From: Nemertoderma westbladi
Lineage: Eukaryota; Animalia; Xenacoelomorpha
Reading direction: 5' to 3'
NCBI GenBank assembly: GCA_032718475.1
Contig: JAUCBJ010000011.1
Location: 62,001 to 126,000, forward strand
DNA length: 64,000 bases
Notes under the pieces: generated by a model
What the model saw: only the letters and a program-made list of their open reading frames with translations
Told to the model about the DNA's origin: nothing
The model's database searches: none
Shown here: positions 1 to 12,110 of the stretch, in pieces
How positions within the stretch are numbered: position 1 is the first letter of the stretch
Layout of the letters: the number at the start of each line of letters is the position of its first letter
Position numbers and translations under genes: made by a program

Positions 1-25
1 GACACGCCTTTCAAACTCGAGATCG

Positions 26-1861
26 ATGAAACACTTATTTAAATACTTTAAAAGTCTCCGCAGATCATCACAACTACCACCAGTTTTGCATTACAGAAAT
101 CACATTGCCTCCACGGACATTGAACAAGCTGAGCTTTTTAATGAATTTTTCCAATCTGTCTTTAAAACACCTCGACTACCTACTAGCAAGGTCTCCCCTC
201 CAATTGATATTGTTGATCCCCCAAACTTCACAACGTCCAGCAACTATGATGTATCGGTAGAGACCGTGGAGAATATTCTGTCCGCTCTTGATGTTACTAA
301 ATCCCGAGGACCAGATAATATTTCGCCTGGGTTTCTTAAATCGTTAGCGAAAGTCCTTGCACCTTCTTTGTCTACAATATTTAAAATACTGAAAAAAGTC
401 AACTATTTTCCGATTTTGTGGAAACATGCGTTAGTAAATCCCCAACATAAAAATGGGAGTAAAATTAAAATAATTTTATACCGTCCGATTTCACTTCTCG
501 CAATCCCAGGGAAAGTATTCGAACGGTGTATATTCATTGCGGTATATGAACAGGTGAGGGAGCGACTACACAACGCCCAACATGGCTTTAGAAAATGTAG
601 ATCAACAATTACACAACTTCTTATTTTTTTGGATAATGTATACAAAGGTATGGATGATGGACAGTTGGCGGTGGAGACAGTTTACTTGGATTTTCAAAAA
701 GCATTTGACTCAGTTAGCCACGAATCCCTACTTAAAAAGTTGTGGAGAATAGGAGTACGAGGAAATCTCTGGTATATTATTCGTAGTTATTTATCTGGAA
801 GAACTCAATCTGTAAGGGTTGGCAAGGCGACATCCACCGCTAGAGACGTAGCTAGTGGCATGGCACAGGGATCTCTCCTGGGCCCCCTCCTTTTCCTCAT
901 CGAGGACAATGACCTCCCCGAAGTCTGTGGTGTCAGCATCCCTTATCTTCTCGCAGATGACTGTAAATTAATGTCAATATCACCGATAAACGATACGATA
1001 AACACCCAACTCGATATTGATCAACTTGTTACTTGGGGTCTGGAAGCCGGGTTAGAATTTAATGAGTCGAAGTGTAAGCAGATAGTATTTCGTGGGGATA
1101 TTGAAGGGCGCAGTATAAACTCAAAATTAATATCGCGCGTTGATAAAGAAAAAGATTTGGGAATAACAATTACGTCTAATTTGTCCTGGACGGCGCATAT
1201 CAAGGAGAAATGTAAAAAGGGAAATAATGCATTTCAATTAATCCGAAGAAATTGTGCAGCAACACTTCCTATTCTGGCAAAGTTGAATTTGTATAAATCC
1301 ATGGTGTTACCCATAATTCTATATGGGTCGGCCTGCTGGTATCCAAACAAAACTGATTCCCATCTGGTAGAAAGCATCCAACGCAGAAGTACAATTTGGA
1401 TATTAGGCAGTGATGAGTATACATACAAAGAAAGACTATTAAAACTAAATGTACTACCAATATCTTTATACCTCCAATTATGTGACCTTCTAACACTATC
1501 AAAAATAATAAATAATAAATATGACATCGACTGGACCCAGCACATCAAAGTAAAGACGCACAATCGGGACAGGAATACTCGTAGTACAGATCACCTTACA
1601 TTCGATATATCGCAACCACGGAAATGCATTTCGAAGCAAAATTTTTGGTTCCGTGCGCCGCTTCTAGCTAATCAGTTACCATCGCGAACTGAATTTTTTA
1701 ACCATGTTGGACTAAAGGCTCGACTCCTAGACCTATTCTGGCGACACTTCCATAAACGATATGACGTAGATATCAACTGTACATGGAGATTAAACTGCGA
1801 TTGTGTCCAAATGAATTGTAATTTGTGTCTCCCGAATCTTGATGACCTACTCAACCCATAA
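26..1861 (+). mobile_element. CR1-group non-LTR retrotransposon, ORF2 reverse transcriptase region (5' part outside the window or truncated)
   Basis: 611-aa ORF with LINE RT motifs GPDNI, YRPISLL, QHGFR, YLDFQKAFDSV, QGSLLGPLLF, LADD, EKDLG and a Cys-rich C-terminus. Several motifs have drifted (GMAQG, LIEDNDL). An AT-rich region with internal duplications follows to about 2400. Confidence 0.92.
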
Positions 1862-2416
1862 TCATTAATCATAATCAAACGCCTTACTTAGACCTAAGTG
1901 TTGTTATTTTGATGTAAATCATTAACCATTTTAAGTAAATACTGTACATATATAATTTTAATGCAATCGTTTTATTTAAAAACCAAACCATTTTATATTT
2001 TACTGCACTATGAAAATTTTATTGAATTTTTAGTCTTTTAGTAAATATTGTTATATTTTTCATAATATATTTTCCATTTCATATAAATGCGTGTGACCTC
2101 ATAATTTTATAGTATTGTACTTTGTTATTTTATGAAATTTTACAGAATTTTTAGTCTTTTAGTAAATATTGTACATTATGTAATTTTAATCCAATCATTT
2201 TACTTAGAAACTGTTTGTTATTCTTATGAATTTTACTGTATAGCTAAACCATTTTAAATACAAGCACGTTGTCACAATTTTATAGTACTTAGTTCTGTTA
2301 TTTTTATGAAATTTTATTGAATTGACCTACTGTACCTGTAATTTTACTTAATTTTACTGCATAGCCAATACACTTTACTGTATGATTTATACAATGAGAT
2401 ACTGCTTGACATTTTA

Positions 2417-2472
2417 GGGTAAATCTTTTCGACCTACGCGTAGGCCTACGCGTAGGTCGAAAAGATTTACCC
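2417..2472. mobile_element. 56-bp perfect palindrome: TIR-only derivative of the element at 8747-9768
   Basis: gggtaaatcttttcgacctacgcgtagg|cctacgcgtaggtcgaaaagatttaccc, flanked by the 9-bp direct repeat gacatttta (2408-2416 and 2473-2481). Confidence 0.9.
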
Positions 2473-2659
2473 GACATTTTATTTGTTTAACATCTTAATG
2501 TACATAAAAAATCGATCCTAGACATGTGTTTACCGGTATTGTACAATATAAACTCTCTTTCTCTTTCTAAATTCAATACCGTAAGATATTTTAGATAAAT
2601 TTGTGCGTTGTAATCTCACTAGGGGGCGACCCCGTCACGTTATCGTGTAAATCCATTTT

Positions 2660-2900
2660 AATAATAATAATAATAATAATAATGGGCGTACAGTACTCGA
2701 GTAAAGGGCGCACATAGCATTTAAATGCAGCAATTAAAGCTCTACAGTTAGTTGTATGAAAACACTTAAAAATCAAATTCGTCATTTTGAAGGACATGGC
2801 CAACTTGTTCCCTACAATAAATATCAATATTTACACTACTGCACAGCACATTGTAATAATAGCCAAGTCTCTACAGGAATCGTCAATAATTAATGTATTG
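2660..2900 (-). pseudogene. Decayed CR1-type LINE RT C-terminal fragment
   Basis: Translation contains DSCRDLAII and FKCYVRPLLEYCTP, typical of the CR1 thumb region; ends next to an (ATT)n tract. Confidence 0.7.
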
Positions 2901-2936
2901 CTACCGTGGTCCTAAATAGAAAGAGAAACGACTTAC

Positions 2937-3435
2937 ACATACAACAATTCATCAGCTCCGGTTACAGATTGTAACAAACATTGCGAATTGGTTAAGGAAT
3001 TCACCGAGCTGTCCTCTAGTAGCCGCCTCTCCATTAGCAACTGCGCAGTAAATCCACTACCGAACTCCTTTCTAAAATCCATTGGAATAAAACCGCTTGG
3101 GTCGTTTTCCTGGAGACACAATGAGTTTATTACAATTTAAATACCGTAACATAAAGTTGTACCGGTATGGGGGTACGGTAGTGCGTACTGCAGTCCCGTG
3201 TATTGCAGTATTGTGTCCAGGCCGACAGGCACATAGAAACTTCATAAGTTCTGAAGTTGCAATAAAACTAAATCTTGCAATACAAAAATTATCGTAATTT
3301 CGGAAATTAGCTGATTAGGCTGAAACTTACAAGGTCATTAGATCTCTGCAGAGATTGTAGTAGTGGATGACTTCTTTGTACAGATTCGGAATAGTTCTCA
3401 CTGGTATTATTACCAAGTTTTTTTGGAGACGCCAT
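2937..3435 (-). CDS. First two coding exons of an unidentified host gene (exon 1 3435-3331, exon 2 3109-2937), presumably continuing leftward
   Basis: ATG at 3435 opens 35 codons (MASPKKLG...RSNDL) ending at a GTAAGT donor. A tctccAG acceptor resumes in the same phase (ENDPSGFIPMDF...ADELLY) and ends at a second GTAAGT donor (2936-2931). Confidence 0.6.
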
Positions 3436-4246
3436 AATCAGATAATGCAAATCAGTGTACAGGTGTAGGATTATTATTACAGTATTACTATACCAGTATA
3501 CCGTAGGCTATCGGTATTCGGTATTCAGTACTCCAGTACCGGTATTACTGTAACCGGTATTACTGTATTACCAATAAATATTTTACGGTCTCGCTGTTGC
3601 TACTAGCTGATTTATACTACTGTACTCGGCTGCTCGGCCTACTGCTGTACTGCTACTAAACTGGTGAAAAAGTACAGTAGGCTTTACTACGGCACCTAAT
3701 GGATGTTATGTTTTTAAGTGTGTTATGTTATGTAATGTTATTAAAGTCGACAGAACAATAATAAAATCAATTGCACATAAACCAAACAGAAGCACATCTG
3801 GCAAAGTACGCCAATCGGCGTATAGAAATTATAAAGAAAGTATATGCTAATGCCTACTGTACATATATTAGGACTACTGTACATATATTATATTATATAG
3901 GCCTACTGTATACATATTATATAGGTCTTTGCAATGGCAAATAAAACACATTTTAAAAGTTAATTAGAAAATAAATGAAGATTATACACGATAAATGAAA
4001 AATATTTTTTTAAAAATATTCAATAGAAAGTATAATAAACACACAATTAGGGCAAAAATATAACTAAAAACGGATCTTTAAATTAAAAATTAAAAATATG
4101 TACACGTCACAAACAATAGTTACAGTGGATACAAAATAAAATAAATAAAAAAACATAAAAAACCATAGCAATGCATAGTTAGTTATACAAAACTTAAATT
4201 AAGTAGCGTTATTAATATTAATTATTATTATATATTAATTATTTAA

Positions 4247-5690
4247 TTAAATTAATAAGTAGCGTTGTAGGGTGAAATTTGCAATGGCTACCTGTCTCAC
4301 TGGTGCATCACTGAAAATATTAAATTTTGTGGCCATTTCACTGTCAAGTCTTGTTTTGAAATAATTCAGACAAGGGTTACCGTTTATGTCCCGCGCATTC
4401 ACTACTGACTCTGATAGGAGGTTCCATGTTTTCACGACTCGATCTGCAAAGTTATTACACCTGCGTAGTGATCTACACCCGGATCGTTTATACAGAGCGA
4501 GCGATGAGCCACGTGTTCTATAATTATGTAGTTCACTCCTAAACTGAAAGAAGTAACAGCGATCTATATTGTCGATTCCATCAAGAAATTTGTATGTCGA
4601 TATCAAGTCTGCACGAATTCTACGATATATCAGTCTGGGAAGCTAAAGCGACTTCAGTCGGTCCTCATAGGGTAGATCTTGTAGGGATGGGATGAGTCTA
4701 GTAGCTCTGTGCTGGACTTGCTCGAGAATATCAATGTCGCGCTGAAGAAATGGAGACCAAACCACAGTACCATACTCCAGGAGAGGGCGGACAAGCGACT
4801 TATACAGTACGGTGAACATGGAGGGTTCCAAGTAGGTGAAAGTTCGTCGGATAAGGTGAACTACACGCACGCACGGGCTGCTGTCTGGGAATAGTGAGTT
4901 GAATATCGGAGGTAAAAGTTATGCCTAGGTCTCTCTCTTCTGAAACTGTCGACAGTGGCTGGCCATTCATAGAATAAGTAGATAATGTGTTGCTATACCC
5001 CAGGTGCATCACCTTACACTTTGTGCTGTTGAATTGGAGGTTCCAACGATTGGACCAAGCGAGAAGTCTTTCTAAGCCAGCTTGCAAGGACTCAACATCA
5101 TCGGCATTATGAACGGGTCTATATATCTTAGTGTCATCGACAAAGATCTTACACAGGGAGGATACAAATGTGAGGAAGAGGATCGCTGCAGTAACTGTTC
5201 CTTGTGGAACCCCACTAGATACAACTACTGGCTCACTTAGAACACCTCCAACACGAACACGTTTTGTTCTATTGGTCAAGAAGTTATTTATCCATGTCGC
5301 GAGTTTACCTCTTACACCATAACCATACAGCTTGTGCATTAAGTGTACAGTGTCGAATGCCCTTGGAAGATCAAGGTAAATGACATCCGCACCTTTAACT
5401 TCAGGGTCATCAATATAGACAGAAAGATCTTCAAATACCTCTAACAATTGGGTTACTGTTGATCTATGTGCTCTTCCACCATGTTGGGCATCCGCAAACA
5501 GTTGGTGACCTTCACAATGAGATTGCGTATAAACTTTTCACAGACTTTGACGATGATGCATGTTAATGAAACTGGATGATCGTTATCTGGTAAGCACTTC
5601 GGTTGTTTTTTGAGAATTGGGGAAACCATTGCATCTGGCCAATCAGGGGGGATTTCACCTAACTCGAAAGATAATTCGAAAATACATTTA
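4247..5690 (-). mobile_element. Degenerate CR1-type LINE (RT and C-terminal region, frameshifted)
   Basis: Fragmented ORFs 4800-5447 (YLDLPRAFDTV, GVPQG, FVDD, ERDLG), 4643-4870 (LYKSLVRPLLEY, EQVQHRAT) and 4247-4606 (RVVKTWNLL). Confidence 0.9.
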
Positions 5691-6389
5691 CAAATACATT
5701 AAAAACAAAAAATAAAAACATTTAGTAGTGTACAGTACGGTATTGTGATGATTATATGATACAGGTGGTAACTACAGTAGTAGTGGGGTAACTATATGAA
5801 TATGATAAAATATAGTAAGGCAATGGAAATTTTATGGAAATAAAAACAATACAATGTAATTAAATAATTCCAATTTAAGAATGACGTAAAATAAATAATA
5901 TAATTAATTAAATAGTGACTGGATTATATGAACTAATCCCAGTGTTCAACTGGACAATATGTGACTTCAAATTATAATTACGAATTAATTCTACGAGAGA
6001 AAATTTGCAAATTGTTAGCACCAACAATATCTTGAGATAAGGAATTCCAGATTGGCTCAATACGATAGTTAAAATAATGTTTATTCAGTTCAGTAGGTCA
6101 CTAAATATCACAAATTTCATTGGATAGGCCTACTGTGTACTGCTTTGTTATGTGTTTGTGTTACATTAGGTTTTAAGGGAGAATTACAGACAACCAAAAC
6201 ATTAAAAGAAAGTTTCGATAGTACTGTAATTATAAAACGACATTAATTTTGAAACAAATTTATTTCAAAATTCCGACGACACAATTTTTGCGCGGAACCC
6301 AGCAAAGACACATCCGGCTAATATCCGGATAATATCCAGCTAAACCCCACTTGCTTGGTTCTTAGCGTATTAATCAGGCTAGGCTAATT

Positions 6390-6834
6390 CAGAGGCGTAG
6401 CGAGCCCTTTTGGCGCCCGGGGGAATGAAGCTGAGATGGCGCCCCCCCCCCCCCCCCCCACCTTCAATAATTTAAACTTTTCATTTATGACGGTTTTTTT
6501 TAAATATTATATATATATTACAGTATACTATATCAAATCATGAAATCTATTATATACAAGTTTGATATACAGTAGTAGTACAGTACAATACAGTAGTATA
6601 GTAGTGCAATTATAATATATGGAATGGCGAGCGAAGTGAGCCGATAAAAATTTTACATTTCTCGTTTATGACACATGTCCTGTATACTGTACTGTATTAC
6701 AATCCCTGAATTTTCACTGATTTGTCTTATTTTTACAAGAATATCCTGACTTTTGCCTGGCATTTCAGCGCCCCCGGGTGAGTGCGCCCGGGTGAACATT
6801 CCCCCCCCCACCCCCCCCCCTCGCTACGCCTCTG
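6390..6834. mobile_element. hAT-like MITE
   Basis: 15-bp TIRs cagaggcgtagcgag / ctcgctacgcctctg, subterminal gcgcccg motifs, and a decayed 8-bp TSD (ggctaatt / agctaata). Confidence 0.75.
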
Positions 6835-6844
6835 AGCTAATAGC

Positions 6845-6925
6845 TGGATTTCGACCGTTTCCTAGTGTTTTTACAAAAAAAAACACACCCCGCCACTCGA
6901 TTCAGGGCACCTTGTTACCCCTTAT
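6845..6925 (+). repeat. Dispersed repeat segment (second copy at about 19505-19585)
   Basis: tttcgaccgtttcct...aaacacaccccgccactcgattcagg.caccttgttaccccttatt occurs twice in the window. Confidence 0.7.
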
Positions 6926-7217
6926 TGGATTGTTTCTAGCCCAACAATTTTTTCGCGCACCAACCCTATTACAACTCTAGCTTTATCGCGAACGCCTGTT
7001 GGATGGGGTTTGTTCAAACCATCCCAGGCCAATGACAGAGCCGAAAATATTTATAGCCTTCATTGTTTATTGTTGTATCTTCATGTTGACAGATTTGCTT
7101 TTAGATCTCACTTGTTTCTTTAGGTCCGGGTAGCGAGACCTCCTAGTATTCACTGTTGTTGTTTGTGGCGGTGTTGTTGTTAATTTCCAGTTGGGTTTTC
7201 ATTTTAAGGCTTCCTAC

Positions 7218-7290
7218 GGCGCAGTGGCGAATTTGATAGAGCTTAGGGCTTGGAATCTCTAGGTACCGAGTTCAATCTCTAGATAAAGGT
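7218..7290 (+). other. Degenerate tRNA-like sequence, possibly a SINE head
   Basis: A-box-like gtggcgaatttg and B-box-like gagttcaatct at tRNA spacing; no proper acceptor stem. Confidence 0.3.
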
Positions 7291-8695
7291 GATTTTTTTT
7301 TGGTAGTAAGCCATTCAAGGGGACATTTCTAGTTCATGCGTTAGTATACGCTTACCTTTGCGCGATTTCGCGTTTGTTAATTTACTTGTCAATGGTAAAA
7401 CGGCTACGGACTACCCAACAGCCATTGGTACCGGCTGGGCTGGCACCATGATTCAGTTTTCTGGTTTTGTTGTATAACCGAAAGAGTGTTGTAAACGTCC
7501 CAGATATACAAAACCTACTAAGCCTTTACATTACAATAGACCATACATTATATAGTGGATACGATATATAAATGATGCACTGCTTGACATTAGTCTAACT
7601 GAATGAATACAGATAAAACACGTTCGTGGGGCGTCGCGCAGCAAGCGACCTTGAACAAGTCCGATTTGATCTGGAGTCAAAAGTTCGAGAGGTATTTACC
7701 AGTAACTTTCAAAAATATTGGAATTTTTTCTCTAGTATACCTATAAAAAATTTGGTTGAAAATTGTTAAAATCTTCAAAAGTTATTTACGAATGAATTTT
7801 TCATTTCAGGCGGACAGACAGACGGACATGAAATGCTGCCCTATTTACTAATTATAATTGTGCGCTAAGGCTCGCCCTGACTGCGTGGCTCGCCCCACAA
7901 TAATTAACTAGCGATATCTGATATAATTAATGTACGTATCCAAACTCCAATGGACAATAATAATTAGTGAAATGTTGATCAGCTGTCAAAGTGTGGTTGT
8001 GGGTATTTTTCATTTCGCGTCCCATAATGTTGATTATACAGTATGCAAATCAATATCGCACATCGAAGCGTTCCCAACTTTTTTATTCAACAACTAGGTA
8101 CTAATTGATAATTGATAAATAGTTGCGTTTACAATTTTCCATTCCTACATGGTTTGAAGCCATTTGTGGTTATCCTATACATAGAAACACGTTGTGGGGT
8201 CTTCGAGCAGCACGTGTTCAAATGTTCAATGACTGAGCAGCGACTAATTAACAAATTTATGAGAGATTCATTGACCGCAGCTACAGACAGATCAATATTG
8301 TGACATATATTTTAGTTTAATGTTTGATTCAATTAGAGGCACAAATTAAAAAGGCTACAAATATATAGGGGTGAATAATTAAATTAGTCACCCATTTAGG
8401 CCTAAAAGGTAGCCAAATATAAGTTGCAATCTATATAAATTTTTAAATTCAGTAGTGTGGGTGTGTTGTGTATTGATTCCGTAGATTTCATGTTGAAATA
8501 GCGTTCATTAATTTAATTTCTATTTAATGATTCATGCATACTAATACACACATTAAATTAGTTCGCGTGTGTTAAGTGTGTAAGATTTGATTGTTTCGTC
8601 ACGAAACCATTAGGGCACAGAAACTGACGGATTCTTCGCGAATTTCGCAAACGTCGCAAACTTCGGGAATTTGTTCTACAATTTTGACTCCTTAA

Positions 8696-10101
8696 GCAAA
8701 AGGGTCCCGAATGAGTTTTTTTAACCTTTATTTTTTGTGATTTTGAGGGTAAATCTTTTCGACCTACGCGTAGGCCTACGCGTAGCTACGCGTAGTTTGT
8801 AACTTCCATTCCTGTCATTTACCGGTAGGGCCAGACTTACTGCCTTTTTTACAACTACGCGTAGGTGTTTTAAAACTACGCGTAGTTATTTTGGAACTAC
8901 GCGTAGGTATTTTGAAACTACGCGTAGGTGCTACGCGTAGCTACGCGTAGGTGCTACGCGTAGCAGTCCTGATAACAATGATTTTTCATTTCAGGTCCGG
9001 TAGGGTTGAGTTGTTAGGCAAGTATCGGTACATGTCAGGTATCTGATTATCAGACAAATGTAATATCAGAATCGGAAACTCATATCTCTACATACAGCAC
9101 TGGTAATAAATAATATTCGGCTCTTTCACATACAAACACAGAGGATGAATAAAAAGTAAACTTAAAATTCACGTCTCATGATAGACAATTTAGTCTCCCC
9201 CTTCCCTTGTCAAGGGGTTAACATATTAAAAACAGTATATCCTAGTTGCCCTATCGTGAACAAAGGCAATAAAAAGCATAGAGAATCGATAAGAACCATC
9301 GGCCTATTTCCTTTGTAAACTATTTTTGAACTCTAAACATTAATTATTAACACATTTTACCGCCCGCAACGCATGAAGTGAAGAATTATGTAGTTTTCGC
9401 GTATTCCTCTATATAGAGTATACAGGTATAGGATACATTACTGTTGAAAGCATTTGATGGTTGTGGGTTGTTTATTGAACATACCGTATTGTGTCTTATT
9501 TTAGTACTGACTCGCTTGGAATACGTAAGCCTACTAATGATAAACGACGTATAGGCATAGTTATGGGTAGCACCTATGCGTAGGTCGCGTAGGACCTACG
9601 CGTAGCTACGCGTAGCACCTACGCGTAGCTACGCGTAGCACCTACGCGTAGTTATTGTTAAAACTCTGAAACTGGTGATATATGACCCAATGTTGCGAAC
9701 TACGCGTAGCTACGCGTAGCTACGCGTAGCTACGCGTAGGCCTACGCGTAGGTCGAAAAGATTTACCCGATTTTGAGTGCTTTTTTTATACTAGTGAATA
9801 TTCTAGAACCTTAGTAGATTTTTAATGGTATATAGCTAGTATTTTTTACTAGCTAGTAATTTTTGGAAATTATTTTGGTCATTAATATATTCTTCAACAG
9901 TTTAACCTGAAATATCATGGACTTTCACTTTTTTTATAATTTCAAAAAATACTTGCTTGCAAAAAATCACTAGCTAACATAAAAAACATATCTACTAATG
10001 TTGTAGAACTTTCACCAATACCAAAAAAATTAAAAAACTCTAAAAAAGGATTGGTGAAAAATGGCTGGGGTGTCGACAGGGCGAAGTAGGGACCGTGTTG
10101 C
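8696..10101. mobile_element. TTAA-flanked palindromic MITE, interrupted by the Mutator-like element
   Basis: TTAA at 8692-8695 and 10102-10105; imperfect TIRs gcaaaagggtccc / gggaccgtgttgc; internal inverted symmetry at 9780-10050. Confidence 0.55.
8747..9768. mobile_element. Non-autonomous Mutator/Foldback-like DNA transposon with CTACGCGTAG subterminal arrays
   Basis: TIRs gggtaaatcttttcgacctacgcgtaggcctacgcgtagctacgcgtag at both ends, many copies of the palindrome ctacgcgtag, and TSD gattttga (8739-8746 / 9769-9776). Confidence 0.9.
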
Positions 10102-10349
10102 TTAACCCCTTAGAGCCTATGACGTCCACTGCACGTCACCATGGTCAGCACGAAGACGTGCAGTGGACGTCATGCTGGAATACATGTTTTATTGGAAGGC
10201 TCTTGGAGTAGGTATACTGGTGGATAGTATTAATGACATTTATTGCTCTTCGTGGCAAAAAATCCATTCTGTACTGTAGATAGGCTGTATTGTAGACTGT
10301 ATTATTAGTGTTAGGTATATGGCGTAATGCCAACCACAGTACAGTAGTT

Positions 10350-10890
10350 CAGACTGACAGTAAGACCGACAGACAGACAGACTAGATTTATGTAAACGTG
10401 TAAACTGACATCAGAAATGAAATCAGCAACCCTTAAACCCCCATAGCGAGAATGTTGGTTAGTTAGTATACTTTCTTAAGTTTTCACAGACTGACTGACA
10501 GAAAGACCGACAGCCAGACAGACTAGATTTTTTTTAAACGTGAAAACTGACATCTGAAATAAACTTAGCACCCATTAAAACCCCCATAACGAGAATGTTA
10601 GTTAGTTTGTATTCTTTTTTAAGTTTTGACAGACTGACTGACTGACAGAAAGACCGACAAACAGACAGTCTAGATTTATGTAAACCTGAAAACTGACATC
10701 AGAAATGAAATCAGCACCCCTTAAAACCCCCATAGCGAGAATGTTAGTTAATTTGAATTCTCTTTTATGTTTTGACAGACTGACTGCTGACAGAATGACC
10801 GACAGACAGACAGACTAGATTTATGTAAACGTGAAAACTGACATCAGAAATGTAATCAGCACTCCCTAAAACCCCCATAGTGAGAATGTT
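10350..10890. repeat. Four tandem ~145-bp units containing (CAGA)n, Helitron/Helentron-like
   Basis: Unit gacagacagactagatttatgtaaacgtgaaaactgacatcagaaatgaaatcagcacccc...gagaatgttag recurs near 10380, 10521, 10669 and 10813. Confidence 0.85.
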
Positions 10891-11632
10891 AGCGACAAGT
10901 TTTAATTATTAACCATATTTCGTAAGATATATTTTAAAACATTTATTTATTAATAATGCAATAACTGAATAACCAGATAACGGAACGACAAACCGAATTG
11001 AAACTTTTAATTACTAATAATAATTGTGGTGAGAGGTGATGGAAATCAAGGATATATGTTGTTATGTTATGGAGCACGCGTTGGTAGGCACAGGCAATGA
11101 ATTGATGTCTGTTGAGATGTATTGAAGGAGCACTATTCCTTCATTAGTAATAATATTAATGTCATTGAATAACTGATACCTAAACACACACACACCCCCC
11201 CGTCAGCCAGTTCTATGGGGAGTGAGTGAATGGATAGGGAATTAATGCTATCCTACCATCCCCAACCAGCAGCAGTCTGCCTCTAACAGGCCAGGACATT
11301 CTCAGCGTTGCTAAGACACGGGAAGGAATTACTCCGTATTGACTGTCATTAGGCGGTTAGAGCCTGCGTGTGAATTAATTGATAAAAATGCAATTTTAAT
11401 TGTAAATCAATAAATAACTATAAAACTTGACATTAATCTCGAGTATAAAGTAAAGACTTTGATAGAATGGGACACGGCGAATCTACCCATGTTAATTTTA
11501 TACCAGATGGGATAAATGTTACCCCCCTAAATAATTAATTACCGATAGAAGAATCGAAATAATTCGATTCAACCATACAATTTAGCTGAAGATATTAACT
11601 TAGATTATGGCTTCCGACATTTATGGCTACCG

Positions 11633-11666
11633 ACACACACACACACACACACACACGTCACACACA
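11633..11666. repeat. (CA)n microsatellite
   Basis: Direct reading. Confidence 0.9.
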
Positions 11667-12110
11667 GACTTTTGAGAAACGGCCATAGTATAATTATATC
11701 AGTTCGCTGATGGCTCGCCATACGTGTCTCGCCCCACAAACATCCATAACTGTACAAACACCCCCATACTGCCATACATACACATTGTCCGGCCTCCGCT
11801 TGAGACAAAAACTACCCAGTCTCAAGACAGATTCGTTATTACATAAAGTACAGTACGCCCTACTTAAAATAATGCATAATTTCATTATTTTTTTGACACC
11901 TTCAAACCTTATGGCTGTATGGTGCTAACCCTGTAACCTATTTATAATACAGTAATACTGGTTCTGGTATGGTAAGGTACAGAAGGTACGGCAGTACGGC
12001 TGTACGTTACGTGTACAGCTGTTGCTGTACGGACTTTGTCTGTTTTTGACCTGTTCAATCAATACTGCAATACGGCAATATAGCCTACCGGTAGAACTGT
12101 AGAAATCACG

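Noticed and set aside
2912-2938. Ultra-short 25-27 nt intron after exon 2
   Set aside because: The downstream sequence soon hits stops and translates as a decayed CR1 RT fragment rather than a host exon.
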